A DNA stretch of 64,000 bases from Bdellovibrionales bacterium (GTDB lineage Bacteria; Bdellovibrionota; Bdellovibrionia; Bdellovibrionales; JAKFYE01). This document shows, piece after piece, positions 58,561 to 64,000 of the stretch. The notes beneath the pieces were generated by a model. That model searched no databases. It was not told the origin of the DNA and was given only the letters and a program-made list of their open reading frames with translations. The position numbers and the translations under genes were made by a program. The stretch spans positions 384,841 through 448,840 of the forward strand of contig OZ220494.1 of the NCBI GenBank assembly GCA_965116215.1, in the 5' to 3' direction. The stretch's first letter is position 1. Every line of letters begins with the position of its first letter.

Positions 58561-58673
58561 CAACTCAACTCAACTCAACTCAACTCAACTCAACTCAACT
58601 CAACTCAACTCAACTCAACTCAACTCAACTCAACTCAACTCAACTCAACTCAACTCAACTCAACTCAACTCAA
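58561..58673. repeat. perfect pentanucleotide microsatellite (CAACT)22 plus partial CAA
   Basis: Counted directly: 22 uninterrupted CAACT units (58561-58670) followed by CAA, in the spacer between divergent Sel1 genes. Confidence 0.97.
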
Positions 58674-58869
58674 AAACTGAGAAAAAATTATACATTCTAT
58701 AAACTTTATTACATTTTTTTATAATTTAAAATAGTTCCTTTGCATCTAAGTTTCAGTTTTATAAGGGTATATATATTTGTGGTGGTTCATAGCTGTTAAA
58801 TTGACTTTTAGAGGAGTTAACTTTACTAGTTATGGATCATTTGCATATATAGGCAAAGGAGCCTTTAAC

Positions 58870-59649
58870 ATGAAACTAAAACCATTTCTAAAGCCTATAG
58901 TCTTCGCCCATATGGCCTTACTTTTTGCTGTTTGTTTTTCTGCTCCTTTATCTTATGGGGCCAATGAAAAGCCAGAAAGTTTTAAGCAGCTTGAAGTCCG
59001 AGCAAAGCAGGGAGATGTAGATGCTCAATATGAGCTTGGTAGCATGTATCATAAAGGGGAAAGGGTCTTAAAAGATTTTCAAAAGGCTTTGAAATGGTTT
59101 AAAAAGGCAGCAAGCGGGGGGCATCCAGCAGCTCAAAATGAGCTTGGTATGATATATGCTAATGGAGAAGGACTTATTACTAAAAGATATCATCCTCTGA
59201 TAATTAAAAGATATCATCTACAGGCTCAGTATTGGTTTAAAAAGGCAGCAAAGCAGGGGAATATAAATGCTCAACATAACCTTGGTTATATGTACACTGA
59301 AGGATATACTTCTGACGCAGGTTGGGTTATCCGCCGAGATTATCGTATTAAAAGAAATCTTCGAAAGGCTTTTTATTGGTATGAGAAGGCAGCAAGCGGG
59401 GGGCATCCACTGGCTCAATATAAACTTGGTCTACTGTATTATTACGGAATGGAGGGGAAGAAACTATTGCTGTTAGAAGATTTTTCACTAGCTTTTTATT
59501 GGTTTAAAAAGGCAGCAAAGCAGGGGCATAGAGGAGCTCAATATGAGGTATCTGGAATGTACGATAAAGGGGAGGGGGTTGAAAAAGATCCTCAGAAAGC
59601 CCTGCACTGGCGGAGGAAAGCGGAACAGAGTAAGGAACGGTGTTATTAA
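58870..59649 (+). CDS. secreted Sel1-like repeat protein, paralogue 3
   Basis: The ATG at 58870 has the same RBS context as paralogue 2 (CAAAGGAGCCTTTAACATGAAAC). Signal peptide ...ALLFAVCFSAPLSYG/ANEKPE. Ends ...SKERCY. The track ORF has 31 extra upstream codons. Confidence 0.88.
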   Translation: MKLKPFLKPIVFAHMALLFAVCFSAPLSYGANEKPESFKQLEVRAKQGDVDAQYELGSMYHKGERVLKDFQKALKWFKKAASGGHPAAQNELGMIYANGEGLITKRYHPLIIKRYHLQAQYWFKKAAKQGNINAQHNLGYMYTEGYTSDAGWVIRRDYRIKRNLRKAFYWYEKAASGGHPLAQYKLGLLYYYGMEGKKLLLLEDFSLAFYWFKKAAKQGHRGAQYEVSGMYDKGEGVEKDPQKALHWRRKAEQSKERCY

Positions 59650-59695
59650 AAAGTGTCATCAGGGCTTTCATTTTATTTGATTGTTAATCATTAAA
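59638..59695. repeat. Sel1-gene 3' element, copy B (inverted relative to copy A)
   Basis: The reverse complement matches copy A almost base for base, with one extra G (...aatgaaagccctgatgacactttttaataacacc). Confidence 0.85.
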
Positions 59696-59936
59696 AAAAA
59701 AGTGGTTCTACTCTTTTAAGATCTGAAGAATAAATTTTGTAAATATTAACTATATATACCTTTTTCTGTCTGCACTGCGTTTATGGTTCTAAAAAAGCAT
59801 TTTCATTGTCTATGAATCTTTCTGAAATGACATATATTTGGAAAAATATCATAGGATTTTCAAACAGTATTTTAAAATTCTTGTTCTTTAACTATACGTA
59901 GCTATACAATAAGGCTCTTAAAGGACAAATCGAAGT

Positions 59937-60716
59937 ATGAAAAAGAAACTCAGTAAGACAGAGATTCGTGGACCAGATCCTTTGGTTAGAGGGATTCGTA
60001 GGCTACAGCAACGGTTATTGCCTTATATAAAGCCTCTGCTTATCTTTTCCGGAGTTCTTATGTTTTCTGGGGGCGGATATTCTCTTTATAAGGGGCATTT
60101 AAGTCGTGTTGAATTAAAGGCTCAGGAAGCCTATTTTCTAAATAAAAAATCCTTAAAAAATCAAAGGGAATCTTTAAACTCAAAAAAAGTTGGAGATAAA
60201 AAAAAGGGCGATGATAAAATTACATCTTCATCTAGTAAGCCAGAAAAAAGAGATATTTTAGAGGATTATGGAAAGCAGATTACTGAATTTCATCGTATCA
60301 TTTCAGGTTATCCGAGAACAACAGCTCGTATTCTTTCTGGCTTTACGCTTTCAGATCTTTATGTGGAATACGAACAAAGAGAAAAAGCTCTGGAAATTCT
60401 AGAAAGTATGGGTTCGTTCATCGATAAAGATTCTGTTCTTTACGGATTATTAAATTTACGATTAGCACATTTAAAGTCTGAAGTGGGAAAATGTATTGAA
60501 GCTATCCCCACTCTTCAAAAAATCAATACCAATAAAAAATTGTCTTTTTTATTTGCAGAATCTTTATTGAGGCAAGCTATTTGTTATGAATCTCTTGGTC
60601 AACTCAATGAAGCTGAACGTATTTATAAAGATTTAGATGGTAATTATCCCAATACAGATCAAGGTCGTTCTGCAAAAATATATGCAAGACTTTTAAAACA
60701 AAAAGATTTTTTATAG
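59937..60716 (+). CDS. YfgM-like membrane-anchored TPR-like protein
   Basis: N-terminal TM segment (LLIFSGVLMFSGGGY) followed by a helical TPR-like domain. Its position immediately upstream of bamB matches the E. coli yfgM-bamB arrangement. Confidence 0.55.
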   Translation: MKKKLSKTEIRGPDPLVRGIRRLQQRLLPYIKPLLIFSGVLMFSGGGYSLYKGHLSRVELKAQEAYFLNKKSLKNQRESLNSKKVGDKKKGDDKITSSSSKPEKRDILEDYGKQITEFHRIISGYPRTTARILSGFTLSDLYVEYEQREKALEILESMGSFIDKDSVLYGLLNLRLAHLKSEVGKCIEAIPTLQKINTNKKLSFLFAESLLRQAICYESLGQLNEAERIYKDLDGNYPNTDQGRSAKIYARLLKQKDFL

Positions 60717-60728
60717 GAAAAGTATAAC

Positions 60729-61949
60729 ATGGGATATTTTTTTAAAATAATAAAATTTTTTAAAAACTGGCGTAATGAGATTCGATTAAAAAGATCTATT
60801 AATATAGGATATTATTTTTTTATATTATTTTTTGCAAGTTGTAGCTTTCTTGAAAAAAGCACTTTAGTAAAACAGACTTTAGTTATTGAAAAAAAGTGGG
60901 TGCGAGATTCAAGAGATGAGGATAAGCTAGGTCCTCGTCTTTTTCAGAATATGAGACCAACAATAGTTGGAGAGAAAATCATTCAGGGGAATGCACATGA
61001 TAGCCTTGTTATATATAATAGATCAAATGGTGATAAATTATGGAGCCTTAAACTCAAATATGGTGTGGCCTCTGGTATAGCTGTACATAAAAATGCTGTT
61101 TATTTTGGAGCAAGTGATGGCCGATTTTACAAATTAGATATTAAGAGTGGAGGGATTCACTGGGCGTTCCCAGTACGTGCAGAAACGTTATCGCAGCCCT
61201 ATATTTCAGAGGGCGTTGTTTACTTTGTATCTGGAAATAATGTACTCTATGCTTTGGATGCAGAGTCAGGTCGTTTAGTATGGCAAAAAACTCACCGTAC
61301 AGTAAAAAATCTTTTAATTCGTGGAGGATCTTCTCCTGTTGTATTTAAAGGTTATATTATTGTAGGTTTTTCTAACGGCGAATTAGTGAGCCTTAATAAG
61401 AAAACAAGGCAAATTGTTTGGAAAAGGCAATTAAGCCACTCAAAACGTTTTCCAGATATTGTAGTCCCTCCCGTTGTTGATGGGAAATATATTTATATCG
61501 GAAGCTATGATGATAGTTTATATAAGATACAAGCTTCTAATGGGGAAATTATATGGGAGATAAATTATGGCATATCGAATGCAGTAACTATTGTTGGAAA
61601 TAGACTTTTTGTTTCAACCACTGATGGGCGTGTACTCAGTTTGGATAAAAAATTTGGAAAAACACTTTGGTCGAAAAATTTAAAAAATGGTATTGGAACA
61701 CAACCTGTTTTCTTTAATGAAATGTTATTTTTAGGAGAATCTGAGGGCTCTCTTATTGCTATGAATGCAGATACTGGAGAAATAGTCACTCGTTTTCGTT
61801 TTGGTCGTGGGATGACTGCTTCACCATTAATAGATAAAAAAACAGGGGATCTCTATATTCAGTCGAATGAGGGTTATCTTTATGCTTTACAAGTTTATTG
61901 GGAAAAAGTTCAAAACTCCTATCCTTGGAGTAAAAGAAAAAAGCTATAA
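60729..61949 (+). CDS. bamB: outer-membrane protein assembly factor BamB (PQQ-like beta-propeller lipoprotein)
   Basis: Lipobox LFFAS-C-S. Seven or eight blades of the pattern xxVYxGSxDGxLYALDxxTGxxxW (e.g. GVVYFVSGNNVLYALDAESGRLVWQ). Confidence 0.8.
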   Translation: MGYFFKIIKFFKNWRNEIRLKRSINIGYYFFILFFASCSFLEKSTLVKQTLVIEKKWVRDSRDEDKLGPRLFQNMRPTIVGEKIIQGNAHDSLVIYNRSNGDKLWSLKLKYGVASGIAVHKNAVYFGASDGRFYKLDIKSGGIHWAFPVRAETLSQPYISEGVVYFVSGNNVLYALDAESGRLVWQKTHRTVKNLLIRGGSSPVVFKGYIIVGFSNGELVSLNKKTRQIVWKRQLSHSKRFPDIVVPPVVDGKYIYIGSYDDSLYKIQASNGEIIWEINYGISNAVTIVGNRLFVSTTDGRVLSLDKKFGKTLWSKNLKNGIGTQPVFFNEMLFLGESEGSLIAMNADTGEIVTRFRFGRGMTASPLIDKKTGDLYIQSNEGYLYALQVYWEKVQNSYPWSKRKKL

Positions 61950-62046
61950 AATTGTTTACCAAATAAAATAGAATCTTTATTCTTTATAAAAATTGTCAAA
62001 ATTAATGGTACTAATTATCTACCAATAAAGAGAGTGATTAATAATT

Positions 62047-62511
62047 ATGGAGTGTTTTTTGAAAAATTATTCCTCTTTGTTAAAGCGGCCAAGTAAAGCC
62101 TTATTTATAGTCTTTGTTATTAACTTTTTTCTATTTATTATAGATTTTAGGAAAATAAAGAAAGGGACTTCTATTTATTTTTTATTTCTACTTGTTTTTT
62201 TAGTACAATGTTCTTCTAAGCCTTGTGTCCCTGAAATTTTTCTGAAAAACAAAAGTCACCGAGTGATAGAAATTTATAGACCAGATGGAACTAAACAATG
62301 TGGTATGGGGGAAGAGATATCATTAGAGAGTATGGAAAAAGAACTCAATAGTATAGGAGTGGAAACATTAGATCGTCGTAAAGGTCAGAATAATCTTTTT
62401 CGTACTGTAGTTTGTGGTGCCCCTACAGGAAAGGTTAATATTTATAAAATTTATTCTTCAGATCTTAAAAGAGTAGAACCACTTTCTTTTAAATTATTAA
62501 CAATCAAATAA
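62047..62511 (+). CDS. membrane-anchored small protein, unknown function
   Basis: Two N-terminal hydrophobic segments, then a ~90-aa domain with 3 Cys. The last ~9 codons are read from the orphan Sel1 3' element. Confidence 0.45.
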   Translation: MECFLKNYSSLLKRPSKALFIVFVINFFLFIIDFRKIKKGTSIYFLFLLVFLVQCSSKPCVPEIFLKNKSHRVIEIYRPDGTKQCGMGEEISLESMEKELNSIGVETLDRRKGQNNLFRTVVCGAPTGKVNIYKIYSSDLKRVEPLSFKLLTIK

Positions 62512-62543
62512 GATGAAGGCTTGAGGATACTTTAATAACAAGC
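62482..62543. repeat. Sel1-gene 3' element, copy C (orphan, diverged)
   Basis: ctttcttttaaattattaacaatcaaataagatgaaggcttgaggatactttaataacaagc aligns with copy A with about 10 mismatches. No Sel1 ORF follows on the minus strand. Confidence 0.7.
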
Positions 62544-62589
62544 CTGTCTATCCTTTCAACTCAATATGATTTGAAATTTTTATAGAGAT

Positions 62590-63438
62590 TTATCCTGTTT
62601 GATAAATTGAAAGAGAAAGTCCAATGTAGTTTTTTATACTTTTAAAAAACGGACTGACTGAGATCTTTTTTATCTTTTCCAAGGATTCCTTATTGGGAAG
62701 ATATAGATTCCCAGTTCGAGAATTTGTTTTCAAATCCCATATGCCATTACTTTTAAAATTCATTTCCAAGATTTCGGCTGTGAGTTCTTTTATTTGTAAA
62801 CTCTCATTATTTAATAAATATTTTCCAATAATAAGAACAGGAATAGATTCTTTTTGATTTTTGTAAATTTTAAAATCAGTTATAAAATAACTTAATTTAT
62901 GATTTCTTAACTGTATATTAAAATTTATATTATGAATTCTATAAAGGGTATCATCAATATTGAGTTGAATGTTAGCATCAGCAATATCTAGATTAATATG
63001 AGCATTTCTCTTTCCTAAAAAAGGAATATTTATCTCAGGGGCTGGCATACTGGCTAAGCTTCTAAAAAATAAAGAACTATTATCTATAGAGCGTATTTCA
63101 TTTCTTTTTTTTAATTTATATTTCAGTGATAAATTTTCTAATCTTAGATGAATAATGGTATTGTTTTGAAATAAACTTTTAAAAGAAGGGGTTAACAAGA
63201 TTTTTTTTAAAACAAAACTGTAATCTTCGTTTGTCTGTTTAATATTTTTTGCTTGTAGACCTATTGGCCAAAGATGAACACCTATAGATTCTATAGAAAT
63301 AGGTGAAGTGGTTATTTTTGCTGTTTCATTATTTATTTTTTTTTTCAGATTAGGCCCAAGATATTTTTCTGTATAGTAATAAAGCCCTCCTATAAGAAGA
63401 CATAAAGTACAAATATAGCTTAGGAAGATTTTTTTCAT
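62590..63438 (-). CDS. membrane-anchored protein, unknown function
   Basis: N-terminal TM segment MKKIFLSYICTLCLLIGGLYYY. 282-aa Asn/Lys/Ile-rich ORF. I recognised no family. Confidence 0.5.
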   Translation of the reverse strand: MKKIFLSYICTLCLLIGGLYYYTEKYLGPNLKKKINNETAKITTSPISIESIGVHLWPIGLQAKNIKQTNEDYSFVLKKILLTPSFKSLFQNNTIIHLRLENLSLKYKLKKRNEIRSIDNSSLFFRSLASMPAPEINIPFLGKRNAHINLDIADANIQLNIDDTLYRIHNINFNIQLRNHKLSYFITDFKIYKNQKESIPVLIIGKYLLNNESLQIKELTAEILEMNFKSNGIWDLKTNSRTGNLYLPNKESLEKIKKISVSPFFKSIKNYIGLSLSIYQTG

Positions 63439-63851
63439 AAGATATATAAGAATAGGCCAATTTAAAAGAAGACTCAGAGAGTTTTATTGAGCTTTTTAAG
63501 TTTTTTAGGATAAAAGTCTTGAAGCCTCTGTTCTAGTTTTAAGTCAATTATGAAGAATATATGATTTCTCACGATATTCTGGATTTGTGAGTGTCGGGTA
63601 TTTAGGCCGATTTCATGTTCAGGAGCTTAAAAAAATTAAAGAAGCAAATTTCATGGGGGATTTAAGTGTTTTATTATGGTTATGTTTTTGTTTGGGTGGG
63701 TGGTTTATAGAGGTCTTTGTGTTTTTTAGTTTGTTTTCTGATAAGATACATTATGTTACGTTATAATTTATAATCCAGTTAATTTCTTAACTTAATTTTA
63801 TCGAAAATTGTGTAATCAATTTTTCTTTAGATTTTAAGAATAGAGCTACTA

Positions 63852-63900
63852 CTCTCTTTTAAATGATTAGTAATCAAATAAGACACTTTAATAACACCGC
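63852..63900. repeat. Sel1-gene 3' element, copy D (with ~15-nt internal deletion)
   Basis: ctctcttttaaatgattagtaatcaaataagacactttaataacaccgc lies directly downstream of the partial Sel1 gene at the window edge. Confidence 0.8.
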
Positions 63901-64000
63901 TCACTCTGTTGTTCTTGAGCTATTTTTTCCAACATTGCTTGTGCCGTCCTGTGACCTCGCTTTGCTACGGCTTCATACAACTCCAAAGCCTTTTGACGAT
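63888..64000 (-). CDS. Sel1-like repeat protein, paralogue 4 (only the 3' end lies in the window)
   Basis: The reverse frame reads ...RQKALELYEVAAKRGHRTAQAMLEKIAQEQQSERCY*. This has the same Sel1 unit and ..RCY terminus as the other paralogues. Confidence 0.8.
   Translation of the reverse strand, partial: RQKALELYEAVAKRGHRTAQAMLEKIAQEQQSERCY

Noticed and set aside
58561-58673. Possibility that the tandem array is a CRISPR array or a coding repeat
   Set aside because: The units are 5 nt with no spacers, so it is not a CRISPR array. The tract lies outside the chosen CDS boundaries of both flanking genes.
58777-58869. N-terminal extensions offered by the ORF track (58777, 27986, 48304, 50001, 8794, 25895, 47950, 38209, 21160)
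   Set aside because: In each case an internal start with a good SD, a canonical family N-terminus or signal peptide, or an ATGA-type coupling to the upstream gene fits better than the longest ORF.

Overview
AT-rich bacterial chromosomal segment (about one-third G+C by eye, not computed). It is densely coding: about 55 protein genes, 2 tRNAs, and no rRNA, CRISPR array, transposase or integrase that I can recognise. Lineage cannot be fixed from sequence alone. The AgmX/PglI-type protein, the many Lys-rich proteins and the Sel1 expansion are compatible with a Bdellovibrionota/Oligoflexia-like organism (low confidence).

Housekeeping backbone:
- argS (partial) and pyk
- thiolase-scoA-scoB
- miaB, a gamma-CA-like gene, guaB, guaA and dnaE
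- ahpC-ahpD divergent from oxyR, with an OxyR-type operator between them
- queG, cca, a Leu-type dehydrogenase, and a yfgM-like gene followed by bamB

Envelope and motor content:
- An uncharacterised OMP plus a 949-aa lipoprotein module.
- A same-strand ~10-kb block (37.6-47.9 kb): OM beta-barrel, two large secreted TPR proteins, a CaCA antiporter, an FHA/Lys-rich/AgmX-PglI-C-terminal protein, then ExbB-ExbD-ExbD. It resembles Agl/Glt-type gliding or TonB-type energy-transducing machinery.

Most notable accessory signals:
1. A ~2-kb islet next to the 3' end of tRNA-Asp, bracketed by a 12-nt direct repeat. It carries a translationally coupled 4-fold-beta-flower-like plus DUF3800-like gene pair and a decayed dinD.
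2. A family of secreted Sel1-repeat proteins (4 copies plus one orphan 3' remnant). They share 5' ends, a C-terminal ..CY terminus and a ~60-bp 3' element. Two copies are divergently arranged around a perfect (CAACT)22 microsatellite and are flanked by 117-nt inverted 5' arms.
3. Two Lys-rich proteins sharing a C-x4-C-x9-C-x2-H-Y motif.

Functional calls rest on motif recognition from memory. No database search was run.
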